A stretch of 64,000 bases of DNA from a virus. Lineage: Duplodnaviria; Caudoviricetes. The notes beneath the pieces were generated by a model that searched no databases, was not told the DNA's origin, and worked only from the letters and a program-made list of their open reading frames with translations. The stretch covers positions 32,001 through 96,000 of IMG/VR virus record IMGVR_UViG_3300013121_000024; one strand, given 5' to 3'. The position numbers were made by a program, and so were the translations under genes. Positions 10,122 to 21,018 of this stretch are shown piece after piece (position 1 is the first letter of the stretch; each line of letters starts with the position of its first letter).

Positions 10122-11507
10122 TTATGTCTGTGTTACACTTGTCTTTATTATGTCGTGCACAACCGAATGAACGACCGCATGAACGGCCGCCAGGATGGCC
10201 GGGCCAACGGCCGAGCCAACGGCCGAGTAAACAGCCGAGTCAACGGCCGAGTAAACGGCTGAGCTAACGGCTAAGTTAACGGCCGAGTCAACGGTCGAGT
10301 GAACGTATAAGAAAACGACTGAATTTTTATAATTTTTATTCACCTAGTTCTCCTGGGTCAACGACTGAGTTAACGGCTGAGTTAATGGCCGAGCCAACGG
10401 CTGAATTGAGGGCCCGGTAAACGGATGAGAAAACGGCCGAGTAAACGTCCCAGTAAACGGCCGAGTCAACGGCCGAGGCAACGGCCGAGTGAACGGTCCA
10501 GTAAACGGCCGAATCAACGACTGAATTTTTGTAATTATTATTCACTTAGGTCTCCTGAGTAAACGACGGATTCAACGGCCAAGTAAACGGCCGAGTCAAC
10601 GGCTGAATTGAGGGCCCGGTAAACGGATGAGAAAACGGCCGAGTCAACGGCTGGGTCAACGGCTGAGTGAATGACAGAGTTAACGGTTGAGGTAACGGCT
10701 AAGAGAACGGCTAAGCCAACGGTTGAATTTTGATAAATGTCATCCATTCATGTCCACCGAGTCAATATCCCAGTAAACGGCCGAGCTAACGGCCGAATCA
10801 ACGACTGAATTTTTGTAATTATTATCCACTTAGGTCTCCTGAGTCAACGACTGAGCTAACGGCCGAGCTAACGGCCGAGCCAACGGCCGAGTGAACGGTC
10901 CAGTAAACGGCCGAGTAAACGGTTGAGGCCACGGCCGGGTCAACAGCCCAGTAAACGGCCGAGTCAACGGCCGAGTAAACGGTCAACTCAACGGCCGAGT
11001 CAACGGCCGAGCCAACAGCCGAGCCAACGGTTGAATTTTTGTAATTATTATCCACTTAGGTCTCCTGAGTAAACGACAGATTCAACGGCCAAGTAAACGG
11101 CCGAGCTAACGGCCGAGCCAACGGCCGAGCCAACGGCCGAGTGAACGTCACAGTAAACGGCTGAGCCAACGGCCGAGTGAACGGCTGAACAAACGGCCGA
11201 GCCAACGGCTGAGTAAACGGCCGAGCCAACGGCCGAGTTAACGTCTGAATTTTTATAATTTTTATCCACTTAGTTCTCCTGAGTAAACGACAGATTCAAC
11301 GGCCAAGTCAACGGCCGAGGCAACGGCCGAGTTAACGGCCGAGTCAATGACCGAGGCAACGGCCAAGTAAACGGCCGAGTCAACGGCCGAGTAAACGGCC
11401 GAGTCAACGGCCGAGTAAACGGTCCAGTCAACGGCCGAGGAAACGGCCGAGTAAACGGCCGAGTGAACGGCTGAGTCAACGGCCGAATTTCTGTAATTGT
11501 TATCCAC
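10122..11507 (-). repeat. Tandem array 1 of xSAV-repeat small genes (7 units, one truncated at ~10740-10829)
   Basis: ORFs 11262-11507, 11048-11269, 10822-11055, 10538-10747, 10336-10545, 10122-10343; each starts M(D/N)xxY(K/Q/R)NS; built of 12-nt NNCTCGGCCGTT repeats; 8-nt stop/start overlaps, most with GGAG in the upstream unit's tail. Confidence 0.9.
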
Positions 11508-11815
11508 TTAGGTCTCCTGGAGTGTCACGTCGTTGATAACGATTGTTCCACCACTAGACACTCATATGACTGATAATCATATCAATCCAAATTAAAAGTG
11601 CCGGGAACCAACATATAAGACAGGTTTGGTTCAAGATTTCCGTAATTTTCCCAAATACGAAGATGGTGCATAAAAAAGTTCTCATTATAAGTTGCAGTCA
11701 GATACTCTCCTCCGGACTCGACTTCTGTTTGGAAGTATACAGTGTACATGATATCTCTCCATGGAGTTCAACTAGGATTTAACTTCTAAAACCTTACAAT
11801 ATACGATATTCAATG

Positions 11816-12313
11816 TCAACTAGAGTTTTTTTCAAGGATTTCAGTCTTCTGCCGTTTCATCCGGCGGCCGCGATGCCGGCTCTCACTCTCAATGGTTACC
11901 TTCTGGGTATACTTAAAGTAAAGTCCTACTTCCATACCGTAGGCCTCAATTTCAGCGGGAGAAAACCAATAATGATCTGATAAATCTTTTCTCATAACCA
12001 CAGGTGTGTTATACATTGTATTCTGGTTTTTTGCGAATTGTTTTATGTGGACTAGTTCATGGGCTAATGTTGATAATAAATCACTACGACGCATATTAGC
12101 CCGCAACTCAATGGTAAATTTTCTAGGATGTACCTCTTTATCATCATCTGAAACTGCACTACCCCTCACATCCAGCTTTTGTCTGTTAAATATTTTGATA
12201 TCCAATTTATCAATTATTCTTTTTGATAAAAGAAAAGGTAACCAGAAATTAACCGCATCCCTTATTTCTTTCTTCTCCACGTATTTTGGTTTTCCGTAAA
12301 TAGTTAGTCTCAC
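11816..12313 (-). CDS. Zn metallopeptidase-like (HExxH) protein
   Basis: TLAHELVHIKQF...P.EIEAYG. Confidence 0.7.
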   Translation of the reverse strand: MRLTIYGKPKYVEKKEIRDAVNFWLPFLLSKRIIDKLDIKIFNRQKLDVRGSAVSDDDKEVHPRKFTIELRANMRRSDLLSTLAHELVHIKQFAKNQNTMYNTPVVMRKDLSDHYWFSPAEIEAYGMEVGLYFKYTQKVTIESESRHRGRRMKRQKTEILEKNSS

Positions 12314-12956
12314 TTAACATAAACTCCTGTAATTGTGGTAAAAATTCTGTTCTATCTTTCTCCCAAACTAGTGGTTTGACCATTTTATCCAGGTCAACCG
12401 ACATAATGATTACAAGTTTTTCCGCTTTCAATCCAAAAAGCTCCTGTAGCATTAACGAATAAAGTGTTACTTGCAGCCAATAGGCCAAAATGTCTTCTGG
12501 TGCTTTTGGCCAATTACTACCTTTAAAATCGACTATTGAAGTCTTGTTCTTCCAATCGGCAATCAAATCACTTTTGCCGGCAACATGAAGTCTTTTTGAG
12601 TATAGTGTTTGTTCAATTCCATATATATTAGATACATTTTCATCTAACAATTTGCGTATAGTACGAAAAGAGTATTTCGTATACATCGGTGTGTGATCGG
12701 GTAAATTTCCATAACGGAGATAGTGTTCACATGCATTATGCAATAACTCACCCCTGGCAGAACCTTTATTCTTTTCCTCGATCGCTTTCTCTGTACCCAC
12801 TCTTTCTTTCCAGGCTTCCAGTGTTGGATTAGGAAGCCCGGAAAGTAGTGTGGTTACCGAAGGAACCCACTGACCATCAGGCAGTTGGTACAACCGGCCC
12901 TCGGTTCCTTCCAATTTTGGTAATTTCACTTCTGGTAATAATTTATATTCAAACAC
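12249..12956 (-). CDS. PD-(D/E)XK exonuclease
   Basis: PSVTTLL...RGELLH...E..LYS...AGKSDLI...IVDFK...YWLQ..Y. Confidence 0.85.
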   Translation of the reverse strand: MFEYKLLPEVKLPKLEGTEGRLYQLPDGQWVPSVTTLLSGLPNPTLEAWKERVGTEKAIEEKNKGSARGELLHNACEHYLRYGNLPDHTPMYTKYSFRTIRKLLDENVSNIYGIEQTLYSKRLHVAGKSDLIADWKNKTSIVDFKGSNWPKAPEDILAYWLQVTLYSLMLQELFGLKAEKLVIIMSVDLDKMVKPLVWEKDRTEFLPQLQEFMLSETNYLRKTKIRGEERNKGCG

Positions 12957-12976
12957 ATCGCAACCTTACTATTTTC

Positions 12977-13834
12977 TCACACCGCGTGAATTTCTCCTTG
13001 TTCTTCCAAACGGTGTCTAGCAAGAATGTATTGTTTAAGGAAAGGCCCGCGAACTATATCTTCGGCCGTCATCTCAATAAATGAGAATTCTTCCATCTCC
13101 CGTACAATTTTACTAAAGTCAGATATTCCCGTTTTCTCGGAGTATTTTTTACTCTCGGTATCGAGGTCTGTTTGGTGAATATCACCGGCAATGAACAACC
13201 TAACATTTTGACCTAGACGTGTGATTGTTGTGTGTAATTCGCGGTCAGTGAAATTTTGGGCCTCATCAATCAAAATCACCGCGTTGTTCCAGGTCAATCC
13301 TCTATTATAACTTGTGGTGGAGAACTTAATTTTACCTTGACGTTTCAGTGTTTCATATGCACCAGACACGTTATAAAACTCTTGTACCATATCTGGGTAA
13401 ATCAATTCAAATACTTTATCCTTATCTCCTCCAAGAGCAGCACCAGGAAGGAATCCTTGATTTCGAGATGGAACGGCACTACGAACTATGATAAGTTGTT
13501 CATACAAACCGTCTTCTATGCTTTTCAAGGCCAGATATAAACCTAAAAAGGTCTTTCCTGTTCCTGGCATACCATGACAGAATATATTCTTTCCTTTACC
13601 ATATTCAACAAACACACGTCGTTGATTAATGGTTTTAGGTGTAATTGGTTTCACTACAAATGGTTCTGTCTCCGGGTATACTGTTGCACGCGCTAGTTTT
13701 CTTTTTGTTTTTGACACTGGTCGATATCTCCCTGGATTTTTATGTTGTTTGTTGTTTTGTTTATTGCCTATATGTGCTCCTCTCCTGTTATTTTCTGTAC
13801 AGTAAATATCATCTGGTGTTAATACCATCACCAC
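12977..13834 (-). CDS. phoH: PhoH-like protein
   Basis: GMPGTGKTF, GFLPG, RGLTW, IDEAQN, TRLG, GDIHQTD, DIVR. Confidence 0.95.
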   Translation of the reverse strand: MVMVLTPDDIYCTENNRRGAHIGNKQNNKQHKNPGRYRPVSKTKRKLARATVYPETEPFVVKPITPKTINQRRVFVEYGKGKNIFCHGMPGTGKTFLGLYLALKSIEDGLYEQLIIVRSAVPSRNQGFLPGAALGGDKDKVFELIYPDMVQEFYNVSGAYETLKRQGKIKFSTTSYNRGLTWNNAVILIDEAQNFTDRELHTTITRLGQNVRLFIAGDIHQTDLDTESKKYSEKTGISDFSKIVREMEEFSFIEMTAEDIVRGPFLKQYILARHRLEEQGEIHAV

Positions 13835-14042
13835 CGGTTCTTTTCTTAATATCCTTTAAGAGTGAATTAAATTCATTATCGGTTTTAGTTCTACCTGCGG
13901 TTACTGGATCAATGATATTCAAGGTTGTGAATACCTGACGCAAAAAAGGACGCTCACGCAAGTAAGCGTCCTTTTTTGAAATCGTCATAAACTCGGAATG
14001 GATTTCTCCATTCCGAGTGTCTTCAAATTGGTATGTGGGCAT
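13809..14042 (-). CDS. FmdB-like small protein
   Basis: MPTYQF...GE..SEFMTIS pattern; usual neighbour of phoH in T4-like phages. Confidence 0.55.
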   Translation of the reverse strand: MPTYQFEDTRNGEIHSEFMTISKKDAYLRERPFLRQVFTTLNIIDPVTAGRTKTDNEFNSLLKDIKKRTGGDGINTR

Positions 14043-14207
14043 TAATCATCCATTTCAGTTAAAGTATCGATGTCTTTTGACCTAAGTGCACTTTTCATTT
14101 TCTTTTGGTCTCGCCTGGAACGTTCCTTACCCTTGTGTTTACGATCCTCTTGACCACGATCATAATCGTCATAGTACCACTTATGGTTTTTGCTCTTTGA
14201 CACAGTA

Positions 14208-14771
14208 TTATCCTCTTTTGCCTTTCTTGGTGTTAACGGTTTTCTTAGTTTTAGTAGTTTTTCCGGTTTTAGAAGACTTGCTATTTTTTGCCACGATCTT
14301 TGGAACAGATTTTGGCTGTTCCTTTGTGGTGGATTCTTCCTTTTTTTCTCCCTCGGGAAAGTTTAAATCAAAGGTATCTTTCACCAACTCCTTTGTAACA
14401 GTTTTATACACACATGTCAAGTCGTGATTTTTCGTTGCGTCCATTACAATTGCGTCACGTTTATCCAACGACTCCAGCAACTGGATCCAAAGTCTTTGTA
14501 CAGTTTCTTCACCGAGCCTGTTCTCTTTACTATCCATGAACAGGTACAACCTTCTGTGTTCCATGTACAGTTGTCCATGTAAATCCAATTGATCACTTGG
14601 TTTATATGGTGTGGGCCCTGGTGGAAGTTTCCATTTGACAGTGTGATCAAAATTTAAAGCCAATATAGAAATCAGGACGTTTGATTCATTCTTTTTTAGA
14701 ATGTCCATTTTTTCCTGTTTTGTATACGCATTCTCCACTTTATCCAAAATTTCTGAAATGCCTAATTTCAT
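14208..14771 (-). CDS. Conserved T4-like hypothetical protein
   Basis: ISEILDKV...WKLPPGPTPYKP...RRLYLF...IQLLESL. Confidence 0.65.
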   Translation of the reverse strand: MKLGISEILDKVENAYTKQEKMDILKKNESNVLISILALNFDHTVKWKLPPGPTPYKPSDQLDLHGQLYMEHRRLYLFMDSKENRLGEETVQRLWIQLLESLDKRDAIVMDATKNHDLTCVYKTVTKELVKDTFDLNFPEGEKKEESTTKEQPKSVPKIVAKNSKSSKTGKTTKTKKTVNTKKGKRG

Positions 14772-14950
14772 ATTTTTATTCCTTTTTTATATTTTCATCT
14801 TCTCTGAGTAAGGAAGTTACCATTGCTCTGGTTACTTCTATACACCATGTTTTTGCATCTTGTGCTAGCCAACCCCAATGATTCCAATCCAGTCTTTCAT
14901 TGCCGTATTTGATATCAAAAAGGGTTCTAGCCATTCGTTCAATATTCTCC

Positions 14951-15826
14951 TCAGAACTCAGCAATTCCTTGCATGAGGTTGACAAGTTGGTTTTTTTGGA
15001 AGTATCGGTAAATGGAAACATTTTTTTCCTTTTCATATTCATTAAGAAATTTTTTACGTATACCAGAGGATATTTCTTCTGGTATATAATCCAAATCTAT
15101 TAATTGGCGATTCCGAGCGAACCCCCTATCTGCCCACGAGGGCAATTTGGAACTTAAACCAGTCATTATGGTATTTAAACGTTTTTTAGATACGGCCGAC
15201 TGTCTATTGCCCAAGGCCAGACAGTCGTCAGGACTTAAGCAATTGGGAATACCATCACTGTGGTCTCCAAATATAACATGTTCGATAAGTGTTTTATTAG
15301 GATTATCGGTCACCAAATGTTTTTGGTGCCATGGTGAGTATTGGTGAATGTTTGACCATTTTTGCAATTGTAACAAATCTTTATCGGAAGAAATAATGGT
15401 AATCTCCTCATTTGTGCCACCATATATCCTACACACGGTAGCTATAATGTCATCGGCCTCAGCACCCTCATACTCCATTATGGTGTATGGCATTGATTCC
15501 TGAAACTCATTCTTAATTGTATTTATACATTCATAGACAGTCTTCCAGTCTAGTATTGATTGGTCTCGATCTTTTTTCCTTCCTGCCTTATAAAAGGGGA
15601 ACTTCTTTTTTCTCCAATAATTCTTACCATCAAAACAAAGAATCACATCTTTACGAAATTTTGGATTAAACATCTTTTTATATTTGCGAATCGAAGATAA
15701 TACCATGTGACGTACTAGGTCTGGTTTTATTTCTATACCGTCTTTGCCGTATGGACCCTTGTATTTTTGGGATTCCATAATCACACTGGAAATAATTAAT
15801 TGGTGTGTATCGAATAATAATTTCAT
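14951..15826 (-). CDS. rnh: T4-like RNase H / 5'-3' exonuclease
   Basis: YWRK..FPFYKAGR, EADDII, SSDKDLLQLQ, GDHSDGIPN, RN..LIDL. Confidence 0.93.
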   Translation of the reverse strand: MKLLFDTHQLIISSVIMESQKYKGPYGKDGIEIKPDLVRHMVLSSIRKYKKMFNPKFRKDVILCFDGKNYWRKKKFPFYKAGRKKDRDQSILDWKTVYECINTIKNEFQESMPYTIMEYEGAEADDIIATVCRIYGGTNEEITIISSDKDLLQLQKWSNIHQYSPWHQKHLVTDNPNKTLIEHVIFGDHSDGIPNCLSPDDCLALGNRQSAVSKKRLNTIMTGLSSKLPSWADRGFARNRQLIDLDYIPEEISSGIRKKFLNEYEKEKNVSIYRYFQKNQLVNLMQGIAEF

Positions 15827-15827
15827 A

Positions 15828-16133
15828 TTATACCATTATCAGTTCATTGTTTCTATCTGTAAAAAGGTCCTCTGTTACTTTATGTAATGGATGATACCTA
15901 TTTGTGTTCTTGGACATTAAACTCTCTATAGAATATACAACCATGGCAATATCTTTGTCCGATTTAAATGTGTCCACATTAATACCGATTTTCGACATTG
16001 ATTCAAGTAAATAAGAAAGTGCCCCACTAACCACAGTGTCGGAAGTTTCTTCCGATACATTGTGGTTGTGAGGCCTGTTAATTCTATTTGTTTGTTTGCC
16101 CCTGTTTATTGGAATTACGTTATTATTGGGCAT
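15828..16133 (-). CDS. Hypothetical protein
   Basis: ORF between rnh and the next gene. Confidence 0.5.
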   Translation of the reverse strand: MPNNNVIPINRGKQTNRINRPHNHNVSEETSDTVVSGALSYLLESMSKIGINVDTFKSDKDIAMVVYSIESLMSKNTNRYHPLHKVTEDLFTDRNNELIMV

Positions 16134-16136
16134 TTT

Positions 16137-17273
16137 TTATTTTGTTACCTTTAGAATAATAGTGTTCTTGTTCATCCGGCCATTTACCACAACCGGTTTG
16201 GTACGCAAGGATTGCCAAATTTTATTTTCCTCACGCTTTCCAGACTTCACCATTGCACCGAGGACCAGGTGAGGTTTGCGGAGACGCTTACAAACAGACT
16301 CCTTACCAAACCCGATGACGGTGGTACCCTTTACACTCAGTCCACCAGACACCTCAGCCTGTAGCTTAGTCAGTTTCTTATAACGAGTGTTATACAACCA
16401 AACTACGGTTGCACCAACAATCTTCTCCGGACTGACCGAGGTAATTTTGAGGTCGCGGTTTGCGACCTCAAACTGTACCTTTTTGGTAAGTTGACCGGCC
16501 GACTTCACTTTGACCTTCCGGGGCTTCCGGGGCTTCTTTGGAATGCTCTCGGACGAGCCTCCAAGTGTCTCCAGGTGCTTCACCAGACGGTCAACATAAG
16601 TCACGTAAGCCTTGCGTTCCTTGGGTCGGACTCGCGTGTATCCCTCATTGGAGGTCAGGACCTCCTTATGAAGTTGCTTATAATACTCCACGGCGGCCGC
16701 AACGTCGGCTTTGGTGACACCAGAACTCAACTTATAGTCTTCCACTACCGGTCCGGTCTTGTATTTGGAACCGTAAAACTGGTCCAAATACTCATCCAAG
16801 TCGGCAATCACCAGGTTTTCACGGTGCGTGACCCCCTGAAGCTTGGTTACCTTGGCCTTGACGACAAGTGCCGGAACAACCAAGTCCGCCAGCTTGGATT
16901 TAAACGACTTGACAAGTGTGGTGGGCAACTTGATTCCGTTGGTCAGCATTCGGGCAACCGAACACACAAACATCGGAACCTTGTCCTTCTGGAACAGTTG
17001 GACCTGCTCCTTTGTGTAACCAGTTTGCGTCATGTACTGGACTACCCACTTCACCCCATCCTTGGGTTCATAGAAGTGAGAATACCAGTTGAGAGCCTTG
17101 ACAACAGAGACAGGATCCGAACCATGGACCCAATCCTTTGAAGGCTCCGAACCATACACCTTGAGATCAGGGTTGGTTCTAGATACTGCCATCGCTTTTA
17201 TCTTCATAGTTTTTAGATGGTAGTCGGTCCATATCTCAGTGTCAACCTCTAAATTTATCAAGGAATTCAACAC
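16137..17273 (-). CDS. Conserved T4-like hypothetical protein
   Basis: C-terminal SVSPEKIVGA..VWLYNTRYKKL...KGTT.IGF...KRLRKP...NGRMN..TIILKV. Confidence 0.65.
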   Translation of the reverse strand: MLNSLINLEVDTEIWTDYHLKTMKIKAMAVSRTNPDLKVYGSEPSKDWVHGSDPVSVVKALNWYSHFYEPKDGVKWVVQYMTQTGYTKEQVQLFQKDKVPMFVCSVARMLTNGIKLPTTLVKSFKSKLADLVVPALVVKAKVTKLQGVTHRENLVIADLDEYLDQFYGSKYKTGPVVEDYKLSSGVTKADVAAAVEYYKQLHKEVLTSNEGYTRVRPKERKAYVTYVDRLVKHLETLGGSSESIPKKPRKPRKVKVKSAGQLTKKVQFEVANRDLKITSVSPEKIVGATVVWLYNTRYKKLTKLQAEVSGGLSVKGTTVIGFGKESVCKRLRKPHLVLGAMVKSGKREENKIWQSLRTKPVVVNGRMNKNTIILKVTK

Positions 17274-17280
17274 ACTATCC

Positions 17281-18306
17281 CTAGATCACAGTATACTCAA
17301 ACATTCCTCCATCGGAACCTTCGGGTATTGATCTATCGGAAACAGTTTCTTTTAGATGTTTTAACAGGTGCATCCACTTTATTTTTTGTGTATTCCAATC
17401 GTGTGTCAAATCGGCATATGTTTTTGTTGTTTGTACAGCACCTAATACTTTATTTTCCTTGATTAAAGGAATAATCATATCCATATTATGATATAGTATT
17501 TCTGCATGTTTTGAAAGATCCTCATGAAGGTCATACATTTGTGTTAAACCACCAGAAGTTTCTGGTAACGCGGCATAATTTGAATGAACACAAAGATTTC
17601 CCGCTGACATTGCCTCAATAAGAGAAAGACATGAGGTTTCTGCCCAAATTGAAGGATATGCAAATATGTGTGATTTTTTAAGTTCTTCACGAATATTATC
17701 ATTGGTTGTATGTCCATGATAATTCATATTTTCCGATCTCTTAATTTCATCAAAAAGATTCATGTATTGTTCATCCCTTTGATGCCACCCGTATATTCCA
17801 AAGGAAGAGTAGACGTCGAGTTTAATTTCTGGATATTTTTCTGTTAGTTTTTTTACCACTGGAATAAGTATGTTTAATCCTCGGTGCGGTGTTGTGTGGT
17901 AAATTAGTTTAATAGGATCACCGGGTTTAAACTTAAATTTGTCTTCAACTTTAACATCTATGGGATAAATTCCATTCGAAATTACGGCAGTTTTTGACCA
18001 CGGAATACCAAAGGTTTGTACATATGCATCTCGTTGCCAGTGCGACACAAATACAATCTTGTGAAATTTGGCCCAGCCACCATCGGAAAGATGTGCTGAT
18101 TCCGTATCATTGGGAAGATCATGCACCCAATAAACACGAATCTTATCGGGTTCCAGTGGTTTCCTTAATCTCGAAACAACAATATGTAAATCCGATAAAA
18201 TCTCTGGAGGCAAGGAATTTATCAACCTTTCGGTCATTAATTCACTTCCACCGGCCGAGTTAGCATTTAATTCATTGCGTTCAATTACGCCATTAATAAT
18301 ATCCAT
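17281..18306 (-). CDS. GT-B (GT4-like) glycosyltransferase
   Basis: GGSE, WVHD, FVSHWQ, TPHRGL, YPSIWAETSCLSLIEAMSAG. Confidence 0.85.
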   Translation of the reverse strand: MDIINGVIERNELNANSAGGSELMTERLINSLPPEILSDLHIVVSRLRKPLEPDKIRVYWVHDLPNDTESAHLSDGGWAKFHKIVFVSHWQRDAYVQTFGIPWSKTAVISNGIYPIDVKVEDKFKFKPGDPIKLIYHTTPHRGLNILIPVVKKLTEKYPEIKLDVYSSFGIYGWHQRDEQYMNLFDEIKRSENMNYHGHTTNDNIREELKKSHIFAYPSIWAETSCLSLIEAMSAGNLCVHSNYAALPETSGGLTQMYDLHEDLSKHAEILYHNMDMIIPLIKENKVLGAVQTTKTYADLTHDWNTQKIKWMHLLKHLKETVSDRSIPEGSDGGMFEYTVI

Positions 18307-18307
18307 A

Positions 18308-18568
18308 TTATTTACTCACCACCTTATACGATTCCACCGAGTCATTTTTGAAACTTCTCCAAGCATTTTTCTCCAAGTCCCAAACCTGTGTTACATGAGG
18401 AGATGTTCGCCGTGGAGTGCTGTCTTTAGTATTAGTTACTGGAGGCAAATGAGATTTCATTAATGTGCAATGCATCACTCTCATTTCACCATTTTGTTTT
18501 CTGAATTCTACTTCCACGATATTTTCAGAAAGCAATTCTTTCAATTCTAATTGATATTTTGTATACAT
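18308..18568 (-). CDS. DUF2693/WYL-like SH3-fold protein
   Basis: V.FRKQNGEMRVM.CTL...VWDLEKNAWRSF. Confidence 0.75.
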   Translation of the reverse strand: MYTKYQLELKELLSENIVEVEFRKQNGEMRVMHCTLMKSHLPPVTNTKDSTPRRTSPHVTQVWDLEKNAWRSFKNDSVESYKVVSK

Positions 18569-18583
18569 AATCTAGTATCCTTG

Positions 18584-18883
18584 TTAAGAGGCCAATGATA
18601 ATTTGGCGGATGGTAGAATTTCTTTATTGATATAGAGTAACAATTCCTCATATCCACCAAAATATTTAGATTCTTTTTCTATGATAGGTAACATTTTTAT
18701 GTTTGGATGTTTTGTGAGAACGTCATTTCTGGGAATGTCCTTGTCAATAATTAATTCCTTAAAGGAGATTTTGTATCTTTGTAAGAGGGCCTTGGATTGG
18801 TCGCATCGGATACAGCCTGGACGAGATATAACATTAAACATTCTTTTTTTTCTCCTTTTTTTTGAACGATTCCCAGTGTTCAC
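18584..18883 (-). CDS. Glutaredoxin (likely start MFNV)
   Basis: SRPGCIRC...LP.I....YFGGYEEL. Confidence 0.8.
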   Translation of the reverse strand: MNTGNRSKKRRKKRMFNVISRPGCIRCDQSKALLQRYKISFKELIIDKDIPRNDVLTKHPNIKMLPIIEKESKYFGGYEELLLYINKEILPSAKLSLAS

Positions 18884-19133
18884 ACAACCAACCTGGTTTT
18901 ACAACAAGGTAGCCATTTTTACCCTTATTGTCAAGTGCCTTTTCTCCCTGTGAATTTACCAATAGACGACAAATACTCAATGGGTTGTAATAAAAAAAAC
19001 AGTTACCACAACACGATTCATTGGCTGTGGTAACTGCATTATTTATGATATCTTGAACCTGTAGTACTGTATTGGAACTGTGCATGTATGTTTATTGTTG
19101 TTTTCCTTTCAACACCTGTAAATATATTTTTTT

Positions 19134-19826
19134 TCAGTCAACGTAGGTGTGTTTGTACACCAAAAAGTCATTATCTGGAATTGCGCGAATGCCGTCCACG
19201 ACGGCGGACAAACAACCATTACAAGGATAATATCCATATGATGCATATTTCAAAAGTCGTCTCAAAATGGCAACTCCATATTTCACCTTATGCAATACTA
19301 ACCTTTTTTTGGCAATATCATGGAGAGTGAATTCTCCTGTGACAATGTGGCCTGTATATGGATCTAATGCAATTTGTGAAATGGTGAAATCGAAATCATC
19401 AAATAATTCTGTTATACTGTTATAATAATTAATGGATATTAACTGAATTTCGAATTTTTGTAGGTTTTCGGTCTTAGTAAAAGTTGAAGCATGTGGTTTT
19501 ACACTATTTTCTTCCCAGTTATTATATAGAAGAAGTTCACGCATTTCATTAAATGTCTTTTCATCAGAAAAAAATAAATCAATATCACCATTCTTTAAAG
19601 GTGAATTTTCCACAATTCTTCTCCAGAATCCACCAGCAAAATAAATAGTACCTTCTGAAGCTTTTATGGTGTTTCTAATCTCGTCAATAAATCCGTTGGT
19701 TGATCCGTCTTTGAACTTTAATCGCAAATTCGATAAAGTGTTCCAGTACTTTTCATTGTCAGAATTCTTTACTAGAAATCTTTTAAGGAATTCATCAAAA
19801 TTAAATGTAACAATATTCACCGACAT
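19134..19826 (-). CDS. Pol-beta-superfamily nucleotidyltransferase-like protein
   Basis: AGGFWR...GDIDLFF...FDFTISQ. Confidence 0.6.
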   Translation of the reverse strand: MSVNIVTFNFDEFLKRFLVKNSDNEKYWNTLSNLRLKFKDGSTNGFIDEIRNTIKASEGTIYFAGGFWRRIVENSPLKNGDIDLFFSDEKTFNEMRELLLYNNWEENSVKPHASTFTKTENLQKFEIQLISINYYNSITELFDDFDFTISQIALDPYTGHIVTGEFTLHDIAKKRLVLHKVKYGVAILRRLLKYASYGYYPCNGCLSAVVDGIRAIPDNDFLVYKHTYVD

Positions 19827-20249
19827 TATTTATTCCTTTTCATGTAATTGCGTAAAGATTGATGTATGTCTCCATTGGTCAAGATTCCACGTTTTTTATA
19901 ACCACGAGGATCAAATAGGTCTAATGCACGATATACAGCTTTTATAGGAGTTAAAGTTTCATTACCCTCTTCAGAGAGTATTCTGCCTATCATTTCCATA
20001 ATTTCTTTTTGCAAGTCCGTCATAATATACCTCATACTAATTCATCAGGATCCAATCCATAACGAGAACACAATTGAGTTGAAAATGTGCTACCCAAGGC
20101 AAAAACATCCATCACATGCACCCAGCGAGGATGTTTTTGCCTTTTGTTTTTGCGAGGAGACCTACAATTGGTCACGGCCCTCTTTAGAAGAACGTCATCT
20201 GCTATTGAATTAACAGTTAATTCATCTGGTATAATTCTAAATACCGAAA

Positions 20250-20846
20250 TCATTTCAGACTCCATTTTTCAAACACCTCTTCCACACTAATCGGTTTATA
20301 ACCGATTCTTTCTACAGAAAGGTTGATATACCTGGGGTCTCCAACATCTTTCTCGTGTATATGACCATGCAAATTCACAGAATTTTTTCGAAATTGGAAT
20401 TCGAATTCGTGTAGTGGATAGTGCGACAAAATGAACCTGGTTTCCTTTCCCAGAAATTCTTCCATGTACCTTGTGGAATACACGGCTTTAAAATATTTTC
20501 TGTATACTTTTACATCTAGTGTATCATGATTACCAAGCAACAAAGTTTTGTGACCATTCAGTCTCGGCATTACCGCATGTAATACACCTTGCTTGAAACA
20601 TACATCACCAAGATGATACACCTTGTCCATGGGAGATACAACCGAATTCCAGTTGGAGATCATAGTTTCATCCATATCTTCCACAGAGGAAAATCCAGGA
20701 CGCACAAGTGTGCCGTCCTGTTGTTTAAAATTTAGGATGTTCGCATAGCCAAAATGTGTATCACTCACAAAAAATGTTTTTTGTGTCATAAAATAATTCC
20801 CATTACCTTTGCAAGATCCTCGTCCACAAATGGTGAGATACGACAC
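20250..20846 (-). CDS. Calcineurin-like metallophosphoesterase (likely start MTQK)
   Basis: SDTHFG, HLGDV, GNHD, LSHYP, HGHIH. Confidence 0.9.
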   Translation of the reverse strand: MSYLTICGRGSCKGNGNYFMTQKTFFVSDTHFGYANILNFKQQDGTLVRPGFSSVEDMDETMISNWNSVVSPMDKVYHLGDVCFKQGVLHAVMPRLNGHKTLLLGNHDTLDVKVYRKYFKAVYSTRYMEEFLGKETRFILSHYPLHEFEFQFRKNSVNLHGHIHEKDVGDPRYINLSVERIGYKPISVEEVFEKWSLK

Positions 20847-21018
20847 TTTTTCATTATTAGTGCGGGAAATCTTTCCCCTTTAGTATAGGCAAATTGGGGG
20901 TTTTTATCTAATAGACAATCGGCCTCCATTTCAGTTTCAAAATAACCCACCGTTTCTTTAAACGTGATATTGCGCAGTGGGTTACCTTCTAGTGTAACTT
21001 TCCATAACATGTACATGT

